IMG/VR virus record: IMGVR_UViG_3300032240_002475
Coordinates: 32,001 to 96,000 of that record
Source: a virus
Strand: one strand, 5' to 3'
DNA length: 64,000 nt
Made by a program: the position numbers and the translations under genes. A model generated the notes under the pieces. That model was not told where the DNA came from and did no database searches. It worked only from the letters and a program-made list of their open reading frames with translations. Of this stretch, positions 19,254 through 29,101 are shown piece after piece (position 1 is the stretch's first letter; each line of letters begins with the position of its first letter).

Positions 19254-19961
19254 ATGAGCAAAATGACCTTCGGAACCATAAAATCCATAATTGAAAACAA
19301 TCTTCTTGAATCTTACAAAAACGAGAAAGAATTTAAGAAATCTTTACGAGAATTCAAACACAACGTATTGAGTGATAAATCTATGTCAAAAGCGTATGCG
19401 TTATATGACCAATTAAGTTCTGCACAAGGTCTTTCAGAAGAAACAGCCAAGGAATATTTGGAAGAAGGTGTTAATTTGCTACAAAAAATAATACCAAATA
19501 TTAGATTACCGAAGTCATCGTCAAAAAGTGTGAGTAACAAATATTCTGACATTGATAAACTTGTTTATACAAACAAATTAGATTTATTAGAAAGAGTACA
19601 GGCAAAAAAGAATATTGTTTTATTATTGACATCATCTAATAATACGATTAAAGAATCTATCAATATTCCTGTCAAATCAATGGTTAGTATTGCAAACCAA
19701 ACTTTAAGAAATTATATTGATACTTTAGATGAAAATTCTAAAAAAGAATTTTTACAATTAATTTCAGAAGATACAAAATCTCTTGAGACTAAGTTTGAAA
19801 CAATTCGTGAAAGTGCAATCAAAAAACTACAAACAATTTTAGAAAAAGAAGAAGAGTTTGAACTCAAAACAAAACTGTCTGAAACAATTGACAAATTAAA
19901 AATTGAAAAGTTTGACCAAATGAATTTTATACGATTAAAAAATCTTGAAGAATCAATCTAA
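19254..19961 (+). CDS. hypothetical prohead-associated protein
   Basis: follows portal; TATTTAT at 19241-19247; start moved to ATG 19254. Confidence 0.65.
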   Translation: MSKMTFGTIKSIIENNLLESYKNEKEFKKSLREFKHNVLSDKSMSKAYALYDQLSSAQGLSEETAKEYLEEGVNLLQKIIPNIRLPKSSSKSVSNKYSDIDKLVYTNKLDLLERVQAKKNIVLLLTSSNNTIKESINIPVKSMVSIANQTLRNYIDTLDENSKKEFLQLISEDTKSLETKFETIRESAIKKLQTILEKEEEFELKTKLSETIDKLKIEKFDQMNFIRLKNLEESI

Positions 19962-20144
19962 TTGATTCTTCTTTTTTTGTATATAAATTGCTTTCAAAAG
20001 TTTTGTTCTTTTTACAACAGATGGTTTTTTAAATTCTTTTCTTTCTTGTAATTTCTGAGTCTGTTTAGTTTTAATAACTTTGGACTTTAAAGTCTTCAAA
20101 GCTCTTTCAAGGTTGTCGTTATTTTTAATATCTACTATTATCAT
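19953..20144 (-). CDS. rpsU: ribosomal protein bS21
   Basis: MIIVDIKNNDNLERALKTLKSKVIKTK...RKEFKKPSVVKR; start moved to ATG 20144. Confidence 0.85.
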   Translation of the reverse strand: MIIVDIKNNDNLERALKTLKSKVIKTKQTQKLQERKEFKKPSVVKRTKLLKAIYIQKKKNQLD

Positions 20145-20241
20145 ATTATACAAATATCTTATTTTTACAAAAATTTTGACATTAATGGTTATATATGTTA
20201 TTTTTTAACAAACAAATAAACATTTATAATTATGAAAATTA

Positions 20242-20682
20242 ATGAAAAAAGGAAAGAGTGTAAAGCTTCAATTGTTCAATCCAATTAAATCAACATATGG
20301 AACAGTCGATTCAAAAAACCTTAAATCGGTTTATATAAACATTCAATCATGGGTAACACCAAAAAAAGAATTAGACAATTGGAATCGAGTTGTATCAAAT
20401 TTAGGTAGAGAAATAAAACATTCTGTTTTTGAATCAATAAACACAAACTTATTTCAAGAAAAAAGTATAGTTGATTTAGACCTTAGAACAAGTGGAATAT
20501 CCCATGGAAAAAAATCATTTTTCAACTTAGAAATAAATTTATATACAACGTCTGAACTTGATTTTAAATCTCTTGAAATAAAAGATTCTATAAAACAAAT
20601 TGTAAAAAGCGTATTCAAAAATAATATTAATCAAAACAAATATTTTGATTTTTCTATTTCAAAAAAACCAGTCTCTGAATAA
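20242..20682 (+). CDS. hypothetical protein
   Basis: 146 aa ORF divergent from bS21. Confidence 0.7.
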   Translation: MKKGKSVKLQLFNPIKSTYGTVDSKNLKSVYINIQSWVTPKKELDNWNRVVSNLGREIKHSVFESINTNLFQEKSIVDLDLRTSGISHGKKSFFNLEINLYTTSELDFKSLEIKDSIKQIVKSVFKNNINQNKYFDFSISKKPVSE

Positions 20683-20718
20683 ACAATGTTAAATGGTATA
20701 TTTATCATAAAAGATTAG

Positions 20719-21435
20719 ATGAAAAATTTAAGAATATTAGAAGCTAACGAGCTTGGTCATGGCATCTTAATTGAAATGGATGCGGGTTGGGTTTCTCCCA
20801 AAGATGAACGTAATATGTCAGTTTTAAAAGAAGCAACAAATTTAGACTATAGAAATCCATTTGAGTTTTACGCAGTACTTCAAAAATATGATACACCGAA
20901 TAGAAATGGTAGATTTTATCCTGAAAGAATTCTAAAAAGAGAAGCTGAAAATTATAAGAAAACAATTGCCAAAGGTTTATCAACTTCTGAATTAAATCAC
21001 CCTGAATCTTCACTTATTGACTTAGATAGAGTTTCACACATTATCACAGACATTTGGTGGGATAAGAATATCTTAATGGGTAAACTTAAATTATTAACTT
21101 CACCAGGATTTCATGAAAAAGGAATTGTTTCAACAAAGGGAGACATTGCAGCAAATTTAATGAGACAAGGTGTTACTATGGGAGTATCTTCAAGAGGAGT
21201 TGGTTCATTGAAAAAAGTTGGAGAGAGAAATGAAGTCCAAGATGATTTCGAATTAATTTGTTTTGACTTAGTATCATCGCCTTCGACACCAGGGGCGTAT
21301 TTGTTTTCAAACGCGGAAGATAGAAATAAGTATGAAGAAAATTTAGACGAAGAAAGAAATCGTAAACAACCAAATGATTTTGCTGAGAAATCAGTTGACT
21401 TAATGAAAAAATTAACCGATTTTTTAGGAAAATAA
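20719..21435 (+). CDS. prohead protease (T4 gp21-like)
   Basis: NRNGRFYP, ELNHP, GVSSRGVGS, FDLVSSPSTPGAY. Confidence 0.93.
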   Translation: MKNLRILEANELGHGILIEMDAGWVSPKDERNMSVLKEATNLDYRNPFEFYAVLQKYDTPNRNGRFYPERILKREAENYKKTIAKGLSTSELNHPESSLIDLDRVSHIITDIWWDKNILMGKLKLLTSPGFHEKGIVSTKGDIAANLMRQGVTMGVSSRGVGSLKKVGERNEVQDDFELICFDLVSSPSTPGAYLFSNAEDRNKYEENLDEERNRKQPNDFAEKSVDLMKKLTDFLGK

Positions 21436-21439
21436 AATT

Positions 21440-21649
21440 ATGGACGAAAAATACTTTGTAGCAAAAATTCAGTACGATTTACCTGACGATAGTACAGGAA
21501 AGATTAAAAAAATTAGAGAAGAAAAACTTGTTAAAGGTTTTTCAGTAACAGATGTGGAGGCTAAAGTAACAAAAAGATATGAGGGATTCACTCATGATTG
21601 GAGAATTACTGCAGTTTCAGAAAGTAAAATTGACGAGGTTATAGAATAA
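21440..21649 (+). CDS. DUF4494-like protein
   Basis: FVAKIQY..GKIKKIREEKLV.GFSVTDVEAKV resembles the Bacteroidota DUF4494 family. Confidence 0.65.
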   Translation: MDEKYFVAKIQYDLPDDSTGKIKKIREEKLVKGFSVTDVEAKVTKRYEGFTHDWRITAVSESKIDEVIE

Positions 21650-21670
21650 CTTCAAAATTACAAAATTATT

Positions 21671-21697
21671 AAAAGTGGTCTTATGACCACTTTTTTT
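21671..21697 (+). terminator. intrinsic terminator
   Basis: AAAAGTGGTC-TTAT-GACCACTTTTTTT. Confidence 0.85.
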
Positions 21698-21725
21698 GTT
21701 TGGTAGATATTTATTAAATAAAAAT

Positions 21726-22058
21726 ATGAATTTTTTAGCAACTTTATCAAACAATAATGTTCCTGTGAACAAATTAATTAACGCAAGTTCTTGGTCATCA
21801 TGCTTGGCCTATTGCGAAGGAACTGGATTTCAAATAAATAATATACTTGTACTTCAGTCAAATACTGAGGTAGTTTTGAATAATCCGTCAAGTGAAAATT
21901 GTTATAATGTTTTTTTACAATCTAACACAAGCGCGGCTAGTTATAACTATTTTGTTTTTGATACTGACTTTAATTCACTTGAAACTTGGATTAATTCTCA
22001 AACAGATAAAACCGTAAGCGGCATCCAATTGAATAAAAAATCTTACGTATCAGTATAG
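21726..22058 (+). CDS. hypothetical protein, possibly with an internal two-fold duplication
   Basis: start moved to ATG 21726 after TATTTAT at 21708-21714. Confidence 0.6.
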   Translation: MNFLATLSNNNVPVNKLINASSWSSCLAYCEGTGFQINNILVLQSNTEVVLNNPSSENCYNVFLQSNTSAASYNYFVFDTDFNSLETWINSQTDKTVSGIQLNKKSYVSV

Positions 22059-22116
22059 TTAAAATGAATTTTTTTCGTTTTGATACTATTTATTAGTTAA
22101 AATAACCAATTTTTTC

Positions 22117-23766
22117 ATGCAAGAAAATAAAAATTTAGTACAAGAGGCACTCATTCAAATGAAAAATGTTGAAGAGGCTATTGCCGAGAATGCAAAAGGA
22201 ATACTTGCTTCTACAATGAAGGAAGAAATCAATCAATTAGTAAAGGAATCTCTATCAGAACAAGACGATGAAGAAGAGGTTGATTTAGACGTAGATACAG
22301 ACACAGACGATGTTGACGGTGACGTTGACGTTGATATGGATGTAGATACAGATAATGATGATGAAATGGACATGGATTTTGACATGGACATGGATTCTGA
22401 AGAAAGTCCAATAGATTTAACTGACGCTTCTGACGAAGAAATTCTTAAGGTGTTTAAAGCAATGGGTGAAGATGACGGAATCATCGTAAAAAAAGATGGT
22501 GACGATATTCACTTAACTGACAGTAACTCCGATGAAGAATATCTTGTTAAGCTTGGCGAATCTTTAGAAGACGAAAACTTAGATGAAACTATGAATGTAG
22601 ATGAAATCGACGAAATGGATTTAGACACTGATGAAGTGATTAGAGCTATTTTTGACAAAGACGGTGACGCTTCTGATATTGAAGTTGACCAAGATGACGA
22701 AGAATTTGATGAAGGCGTAATGTACGAAATTGAATTCGACGAACAAGAAGAAATGGACGAACAGGACGAAATGGACGAACAAGAAGAAATGGACGAACAG
22801 GACGAAATGGACGAACAAGAAGAAATGGATGAAGAATTTGATGACGACGACGACGAATACGACGACGAAGACGACGAAGAAGAAGAAGAAGAAGAAGAAG
22901 AAGAAATGGACGAATCTTACAACCCTAGAATGGCTGTTAGAGAAGGAAAGTCGACAGTAAAACCTAAAGGTGTTGGAATTGGCTCAGGCCCTAAATTCAC
23001 TTACAAGTCAAAAGCTGCTGGTGGATTTAAAGAGGACAAAAAAGAAGGTCCTAAAACAATGGGAACTGGTAAAGCTAAATTCGAATACAAGAAAGGTGCA
23101 AATATGGAAGGTAAATCCAAGGTTGTTAAAGCAGAAACAAAAGAAGGTGATTACGGAATGAACAAGGGTGATAAATCTAAAACTTTCAAAGGTGATAAAG
23201 ATTACACTACTAAAAAAGGTGACACTTTAAAAAGAAAAGCTTTTGGAAAAGAAGAAACTAAAGAAGCTGCTAGAACTTTTGGAATGGGTTCCAAAGAAGG
23301 TAGAGGTCTAAGAAAAGGCATCACAAATAACAGAAACTATGTTTATGGTAAAGGTGGTGTTAAAGTAGAATCTACACAAGAAGAAGTTAATATGTTGAGA
23401 GAAAAGAATGAAGAATACAGAAAAGCATTAAATGTTTTCAGAGAAAAACTTAATGAAGTTGCAATCTTCAACTCAAACTTAGCGTACGCAACTAGATTAT
23501 TCACAGAACATTCAACTACTAAGAAAGAAAAAATTAACATTCTTAGAAGATTTGATGATGTTGATACTTTAAAAGAATCAAAAAATCTTTACAAGTCTAT
23601 CAAAGATGAATTATCTACAACGGAATCAAAATCAATGAATGAATCAGTTGAAGTAAAATTAAACAAATCTGTATCATCAGGTTCGTCAACAACTTTAATT
23701 GAATCAAAAACTTATGAAAATCCTCAGTTCTTAAGAATGAAAGATTTAATGAGTAAAATTATCTAA
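22117..23766 (+). CDS. prohead scaffold/core protein (T4 gp22-like)
   Basis: between protease and capsid genes; very acidic middle region and coiled-coil C-terminus. Confidence 0.75.
   Translation: MQENKNLVQEALIQMKNVEEAIAENAKGILASTMKEEINQLVKESLSEQDDEEEVDLDVDTDTDDVDGDVDVDMDVDTDNDDEMDMDFDMDMDSEESPIDLTDASDEEILKVFKAMGEDDGIIVKKDGDDIHLTDSNSDEEYLVKLGESLEDENLDETMNVDEIDEMDLDTDEVIRAIFDKDGDASDIEVDQDDEEFDEGVMYEIEFDEQEEMDEQDEMDEQEEMDEQDEMDEQEEMDEEFDDDDDEYDDEDDEEEEEEEEEEMDESYNPRMAVREGKSTVKPKGVGIGSGPKFTYKSKAAGGFKEDKKEGPKTMGTGKAKFEYKKGANMEGKSKVVKAETKEGDYGMNKGDKSKTFKGDKDYTTKKGDTLKRKAFGKEETKEAARTFGMGSKEGRGLRKGITNNRNYVYGKGGVKVESTQEEVNMLREKNEEYRKALNVFREKLNEVAIFNSNLAYATRLFTEHSTTKKEKINILRRFDDVDTLKESKNLYKSIKDELSTTESKSMNESVEVKLNKSVSSGSSTTLIESKTYENPQFLRMKDLMSKII
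22738..22905 (+). repeat. five 18-nt tandem units (DEQEEM/DEQDEM) and (GAA)10
   Basis: GACGAACARGAMGAAATG x5 at 22738-22827; GAA x10 at 22876-22905. Confidence 0.9.
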
Positions 23767-23803
23767 AAAATAAAATAAATAAAAAAACAAAACAAATACT
23801 AAA

Positions 23804-25609
23804 ATGGGAGCATTATTAGAATCAGGTCTTGTTGGTAACATCGGTTTAAAACACCTTAAAGTTATTAAAGAAGACACAATCAACAAATGGGACAAATTAG
23901 GCTTTTTAGAAGGTCTTAGAGGTCACATGAGAGAAAACGTAGCTCAATTATACGAAAACCAAGCATCATTTTTAATTAATGAGGCATCATCTACATCTGA
24001 CACAGGTGCATTTGAAACAGTTGTTTTCCCAATTGTAAGAAGAGTATTCTCTAAATTATTAGCAAACGACATCGTTTCAGTACAAGCTATGAACTTACCA
24101 ATTGGTAAATTATTCTACTTTGTACCTAACATTCAGGCATACACTGACCCTGCAAACTTGGCTACAACGGGTATTCACTACGCACCGTATGGTTCACCAA
24201 ACGCAGCTGACACGCAAACACCAAACAGTGGTTATGACTATAACAACACTAAAGACCTTTACGATAGATTCTATGAAGGTAATGAACCAGCATTAGACCC
24301 TCCAGGTTTATTTGACTATTCTAAAGGACAATACTCAGCAATCACAGCACCAGTTGTTACTGTGTCTTGGTTAGCTGACCAATTAGTTCCTTCTGCTTAC
24401 ACTATTTCTGATTACAGAAAGGTATTAGTAGTTATGTCAGGTTTCGCATCTGATGGAGCTGGTAAATTAATCGGTCCTGATGGTCAACCAATGGATAATG
24501 AAGCTTTCTTATCTGATTTGACTATCTATGGTGTTGCTGGAAACGCAACAACTTCAGCTAACACAACAAACCCTTACTTATTCAGAGTTGTAACTCAAAG
24601 ATATGGTAAAGGTATTGTACAATATGGTAACAACAACGCTACATTAGTATTCCCTAACAGTAAAACTGACGGTGGTCAATATGACAACGTATGTGATGCT
24701 GAAGGAAAAATCTACTTAGAAGTTGACTTACAAGTACCAGTTTGTATTACTTGTGGCGGTTCAATGGACGGTTACACAGGTTCAACATTTACTTCAACAG
24801 TTGCAACTAGCAACGCATTCACAGCTACTTATAGAATCTATAAGAACTTAGAATTCGAAGATAGAATTGGTGAGGTTTCATTTGACCTTATGTCAGTAAC
24901 AGTTTCTGTAACTGAAAGAAAATTAAGAGCTCAATGGTCTCCAGAAATGGCACAAGACGTTGCAGCATTCCATAACATCGACGCTGAAGCTGAATTAACA
25001 GCTTTATTGTCTGAGCAAGTTGCGGCTGAAATCGATAGAGAAATCTTGAGAGACTTAAGAAAAGGAGCAGCTTGGAACTTAAGATGGGATTACAACGGTT
25101 GGAAGAGATTAGGTGGAAACGCTCAACCTTACACTCAAAAAGACTGGAACCAAACGCTTATTACAGCGATTAACCAAATTTCAGCTCAAATCCATAAGTC
25201 TACTTTAAGAGGTGGTGCTAACTGGATAGTTGTATCTTCTGAAATCAGTGCAATCTTTGATGACTTGGAGTATTTCCACGTTTCAAACGCAGCTCCTGAG
25301 CAAGACCAATACAACATGGGTATTGAAAGAGTTGGTACTTTAGCTGGTCGTTACCAAGTGTATAGAGACCCTTACTTCCCACCAAACCAAGTGTTATTGG
25401 GACACAAAGGTACGTCTTTACTTGACACAGGTTACATCTACGCACCGTACGTACCATTACAACTTACTCCTACAATGTACAATCCATTCAACTTTACACC
25501 AATCAAAGGTATTATGACAAGATACGCTAAGAAAATGGTGAACAACAGATTCTACGGAAGAATCACAGTTGATGGTGTAAGAACATTTGACTTAAGAGAG
25601 TTAAGATAA
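23804..25609 (+). CDS. major capsid protein (T4 gp23-like)
   Basis: PIVRRVF..LANDIVSVQAM, RKLRAQWSPEMAQD, AEIDREIL, YAPYVPL, KGIMTRY. Confidence 0.96.
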   Translation: MGALLESGLVGNIGLKHLKVIKEDTINKWDKLGFLEGLRGHMRENVAQLYENQASFLINEASSTSDTGAFETVVFPIVRRVFSKLLANDIVSVQAMNLPIGKLFYFVPNIQAYTDPANLATTGIHYAPYGSPNAADTQTPNSGYDYNNTKDLYDRFYEGNEPALDPPGLFDYSKGQYSAITAPVVTVSWLADQLVPSAYTISDYRKVLVVMSGFASDGAGKLIGPDGQPMDNEAFLSDLTIYGVAGNATTSANTTNPYLFRVVTQRYGKGIVQYGNNNATLVFPNSKTDGGQYDNVCDAEGKIYLEVDLQVPVCITCGGSMDGYTGSTFTSTVATSNAFTATYRIYKNLEFEDRIGEVSFDLMSVTVSVTERKLRAQWSPEMAQDVAAFHNIDAEAELTALLSEQVAAEIDREILRDLRKGAAWNLRWDYNGWKRLGGNAQPYTQKDWNQTLITAINQISAQIHKSTLRGGANWIVVSSEISAIFDDLEYFHVSNAAPEQDQYNMGIERVGTLAGRYQVYRDPYFPPNQVLLGHKGTSLLDTGYIYAPYVPLQLTPTMYNPFNFTPIKGIMTRYAKKMVNNRFYGRITVDGVRTFDLRELR

Positions 25610-25629
25610 TATGGTCTAACCAATTATAT

Positions 25630-25659
25630 AAAAGGGTCCCCACAAGGGGCCCTTTTTTT
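25630..25659 (+). terminator. intrinsic terminator after the capsid gene
   Basis: AAAAGGGTCCCC-ACAA-GGGGCCCTTTTTTT. Confidence 0.85.
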
Positions 25660-25680
25660 ATTTTTAAGATATTTATTAAC

Positions 25681-27000
25681 ATGATTAAGCAAACATGGAA
25701 TATTTCGTCTGACGAAGTTCAAAGAATATTAATGATGCACGAAAATGCAACCAAAAATCATTATTTAATTTTAGAACAAAGAAGTATGGTTACAAAAACC
25801 TTACAACCAAAACAATTTAAGTTACCCAATAATACGTTTCCATCAGGAAAATATCTTGAATTTGATAAGGCTGCAGTTGATAATGTTATTCAACAAATGA
25901 ATGATTATCTTAAAGATTATCCTTTGAATCAAAAAATTAATGTTGAAATAGAATCTTCAGAATCAAATGTTCCAAACAAAAGTTTGAAAAATGATGAAGG
26001 TAAATCAATGGTTACAGGTGATTTATCTCGTTTAAGAGGTAAAACTATGGAAAATTATTTGAGAGGGAAATTACCAAAAAATGTTAACTTAGTTATTAAA
26101 GACTTGGGGGCGCAAGGACCAAAATGGAACCCACCAAAAACCGCGACTGTAGAACAAATAAAACAAATGGTGAATGACCCTTCATATACTCAATGGCAAT
26201 ATGTTACATTTAACATTGTAGGTGGTGGAGAAAAACAAGAAGAATATTGTGATTTAGGATTTTCAGTTATTGTTGATTACAGAGAAGAATGGTGTAAACC
26301 TGACGTAGATGAATCTTTGTGTCATAAATGTAATACAGCTGTCTTCCTAATGTGGGCAAACGGCATTCCTTTAACAACAAAGGAGGGTAGTCCCCAAATT
26401 AATCTAAATAATGGATTACAAGGTTACGGAAAAAGTGGACCATCTAGAGTTGTTGAACTTGTCGTGAGTGCGGAACAAAAGAAACAAATCTTAGCAAAAA
26501 ATCCTGAAGAAATTGTAATAACCTACGGATGTGCATTACCGAACTGTCATAGTGACCCTGCACACATAACAATTATTAATACTGAAGGTCAAGTTTTATT
26601 ACCAGGTACTTTTTTAACAACGGGAGGAAAAAATCAAATGAAAAAAGATAATCCTCCAATTACTTTGTTAAAACTTAATAAATGTGGAGAAAAAATTTGG
26701 CCACCGTCACCTGAATCTGTTCCTCAAAAGGTAGAAATTGCCCCCCAAGAAAAACCACAACCAAAAGTTAAAAAAATTGATATTAACACAAGTTACCCAT
26801 CTAGCATTATGGAATTGTACAAATTTGTGGGTGAAGACAAAATTTTAAAAATACCCGAGGATAAAAAACAATATTTTGCACGTTATATTAATGACTTGAA
26901 CGGTAAACCTTGGGATGAAGTTATGGACTCTTTGAATATGGCTAGTTGGGAGAAAAAAGAATTTAGACAATATCTTAAAAAGATGTCAAACAATCAATAA
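25681..27000 (+). CDS. putative virion protein with a divergent OmpA-C-like domain
   Basis: FPSGKY...VEIESSES...LSRLRGKTMENYL...QYVTF pattern; N-terminal LILEQ; TATTTAT at 25670-25676. Confidence 0.5.
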   Translation: MIKQTWNISSDEVQRILMMHENATKNHYLILEQRSMVTKTLQPKQFKLPNNTFPSGKYLEFDKAAVDNVIQQMNDYLKDYPLNQKINVEIESSESNVPNKSLKNDEGKSMVTGDLSRLRGKTMENYLRGKLPKNVNLVIKDLGAQGPKWNPPKTATVEQIKQMVNDPSYTQWQYVTFNIVGGGEKQEEYCDLGFSVIVDYREEWCKPDVDESLCHKCNTAVFLMWANGIPLTTKEGSPQINLNNGLQGYGKSGPSRVVELVVSAEQKKQILAKNPEEIVITYGCALPNCHSDPAHITIINTEGQVLLPGTFLTTGGKNQMKKDNPPITLLKLNKCGEKIWPPSPESVPQKVEIAPQEKPQPKVKKIDINTSYPSSIMELYKFVGEDKILKIPEDKKQYFARYINDLNGKPWDEVMDSLNMASWEKKEFRQYLKKMSNNQ

Positions 27001-27362
27001 AATACCGTAAGTTTTACTCGGCTACGATTATTATTTCTAATAATGGTAATCATGCATTCAGTATGGTTTAATTTATTTTTCCCAAAATTTGTTTTTTTAT
27101 ATCTTTTTTCAGTGATATTGTCAGTGGAAACTTTGATATAATAATTTTTGTTATTTATTTTTTTCATCGTTTCATTAGAAACCCATACAATAAATTCATT
27201 TTCCATTTTAACTTCCTTAAGACAGTCTACGTATAATATCTTTTCGAAAGGAGTCATCTGAGAAAAAATTTTTTCGTTCATTGGTCCTATATATTTAAAA
27301 TTTTGTGAATAGGAATTTAACCCCAAAAAACAAAATAAAATTAGTATTATTATTTTTTTCAT
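26994..27362 (-). CDS. secreted/periplasmic protein
   Basis: signal peptide MKKIIILILFCFLGLNSYS-Q; TAGTTTTG at 27377-27384. Confidence 0.65.
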   Translation of the reverse strand: MKKIIILILFCFLGLNSYSQNFKYIGPMNEKIFSQMTPFEKILYVDCLKEVKMENEFIVWVSNETMKKINNKNYYIKVSTDNITEKRYKKTNFGKNKLNHTECMITIIRNNNRSRVKLTVFY

Positions 27363-27441
27363 AAAAAGTATTTTTACAAAACTACTAAAAAAAATGTTTT
27401 CATCAAAATAATTTTTAGTATAATTATTAATAGATTTTAGT

Positions 27442-27500
27442 TTATCAGTCCCCAGTCATAACAGGCTGTCGAGTATTCACGGACACAAAGGTATTGGTAA
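27442..27500 (+). ncRNA. candidate structured 5' leader RNA
   Basis: TTATCAGT/ATTGGTAA closing stem around a CAGTC/GGCTG hairpin; GC-rich island in an AT-rich intergenic region. Confidence 0.35.
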
Positions 27501-27533
27501 CGTAGTCATAAAGCTAATATAAAATTTAAAAAA

Positions 27534-28355
27534 ATGAATTACGCAACACAAGTGGGCAAACCGACTGCGCACATCACAAAGAAAAAGTCACGTCTAAAGG
27601 TCTATAACGGCCATCTTGTCTTTCTAAATGACAAAGATAATTTTGAATTTGAACTTCATAATCCAAAACAAAAATCTGTTCTTGTAAAGATTAAATTGAA
27701 TGGTGAATACATTTCCACAAGTGGGGTTGTATTAAAACCAGGTCAGAGGGTCTTTTTAGAACGTTTCCTTGACTCTAATAACAAGTTTGAGTTCAGTACC
27801 TATGAAGTTAATAACACGTCTGAAAACAGGTCTGCAATTGATTTAAATGGAGATATAAGAATCGAGTTCTACGATGAACAAGAAGTTAGGAATAATTTCT
27901 ATTTAGGAAACAGAACTATCTATGGTAATGGTATAGTTTACGGAAGTCGTACTAACGATTATCATCCACAATTTGGAACAACAATCAGTACAACTGGAGG
28001 GGTAGGATATTCAACAACAACCTCAACATTTAATACGTCAAATGCAACTTATACAAGTTCAATCAATACTGATGCAATAATGAAAGAGTTAAAAAACAAA
28101 GGTTTATACTCTGAAAAAAAAGGTAAAAAATCTATCGAGACAGGTAGAGTTGAAAAGGGGGATAAATCTTCTCAAGATTTTATCAATTCGTATCAAGAAT
28201 TTTATCATCATACGTCGCATGAGATTAGTTTTAAAATTCAACCATTAAGTACAAAAAACAAAACCACAGAAGACATTAGACACTATTGTACGGAATGTGG
28301 AACCAAGATAAAATCAAATTTCAAGTTTTGTCCGTCTTGTGGAAATAAGTTATAA
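27534..28355 (+). CDS. hypothetical protein with C-terminal zinc ribbon
   Basis: CTECG..KFCPSCG; beta-rich N-terminal domain. Confidence 0.75.
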   Translation: MNYATQVGKPTAHITKKKSRLKVYNGHLVFLNDKDNFEFELHNPKQKSVLVKIKLNGEYISTSGVVLKPGQRVFLERFLDSNNKFEFSTYEVNNTSENRSAIDLNGDIRIEFYDEQEVRNNFYLGNRTIYGNGIVYGSRTNDYHPQFGTTISTTGGVGYSTTTSTFNTSNATYTSSINTDAIMKELKNKGLYSEKKGKKSIETGRVEKGDKSSQDFINSYQEFYHHTSHEISFKIQPLSTKNKTTEDIRHYCTECGTKIKSNFKFCPSCGNKL

Positions 28356-28358
28356 ATG

Positions 28359-28385
28359 AAAAGGGTCCCGTGAGACCCTTTTTTT
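28359..28385 (+). terminator. intrinsic terminator
   Basis: AAAAGGGTC...GACCCTTTTTTT. Confidence 0.8.
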
Positions 28386-28411
28386 ATTAATTAAACTATT
28401 TATAGATAATC

Positions 28412-29101
28412 ATGGGATTAAATAAAAAACATATCAAAGAAGCAACTGGTTCAGGAGGTTCGGGACATTTTAAAGTTCCAATTGTTCTTGCACCTCAAGA
28501 TTGGAAAAAAGACCAACTAGCACCATATAATATTCCTGTTTATGAATATACAAATGCGGAATTAGCGTATGAAGAAGCTAGTGGAGATGATTATAAAGAG
28601 TCTCCTGAAGAAAGAAAAAAAATAGAAAACAAAACTGAGTTGTTGTCTCGAATTGATACGTATTTGAAAAGTTTTTATACTGACCAAAATGACGATGAAG
28701 GTAGTAGTATTTCCGACATTGAAAGCCCTGATAAATTAATCCAACAAGCGGTTGGACCACTTAAAGAAGATTTGGGGGTATGGTTTGGTACAAAGAAAAA
28801 ACCAAAAGGTAGCAAACAACCTGCAGGTCCTTGGGTTAATATTTGTAGAAAAGTGGATGGTAAACATCCTCCTTGTGGTAGACCTGAAGCAAAAGACAAA
28901 GGGTACCCAAAATGTAGAGCCGCAGGAGTTGCATCTAAAATGAGTGTGTCTCAAAAAAAATCTGCTTGTCAACAAAAAAGAAGTGCGGAAAAATCACATT
29001 CAAAGGCTGGTACTGGTAACAAACCAAAAATGGTTTCTTATAAACCAAAAAATGAAGGATTGACTGAACTTATCAGAAAAGTATTAAGAGAACGCTTTTA
29101 G
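28412..29101 (+). CDS. hypothetical protein with a basic Cys-containing C-terminal domain
   Basis: EDLGVWF..PWVNIC..PCGR..YPKCR; TATTTAT at 28397-28403. Confidence 0.65.
   Translation: MGLNKKHIKEATGSGGSGHFKVPIVLAPQDWKKDQLAPYNIPVYEYTNAELAYEEASGDDYKESPEERKKIENKTELLSRIDTYLKSFYTDQNDDEGSSISDIESPDKLIQQAVGPLKEDLGVWFGTKKKPKGSKQPAGPWVNICRKVDGKHPPCGRPEAKDKGYPKCRAAGVASKMSVSQKKSACQQKRSAEKSHSKAGTGNKPKMVSYKPKNEGLTELIRKVLRERF

Noticed and set aside
22738-22827. Possible CRISPR array
   Set aside because: Contiguous in-frame 18-nt units with no spacers and no cas genes
22730-23161. Lys-rich ORFs with WTNKKK repeats
   Set aside because: Off-frame shadows of the acidic scaffold repeats
15598-25609. Introns, inteins or homing endonucleases in terminase, portal or capsid genes
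   Set aside because: ORFs are continuous with expected motif spacing and no splicing or endonuclease signatures
27442-27500. SAM-I or c-di-GMP-I riboswitch
   Set aside because: Only short resemblances (TTATC, GGACACAAAG); conserved cores are missing, so it is kept as an unassigned candidate
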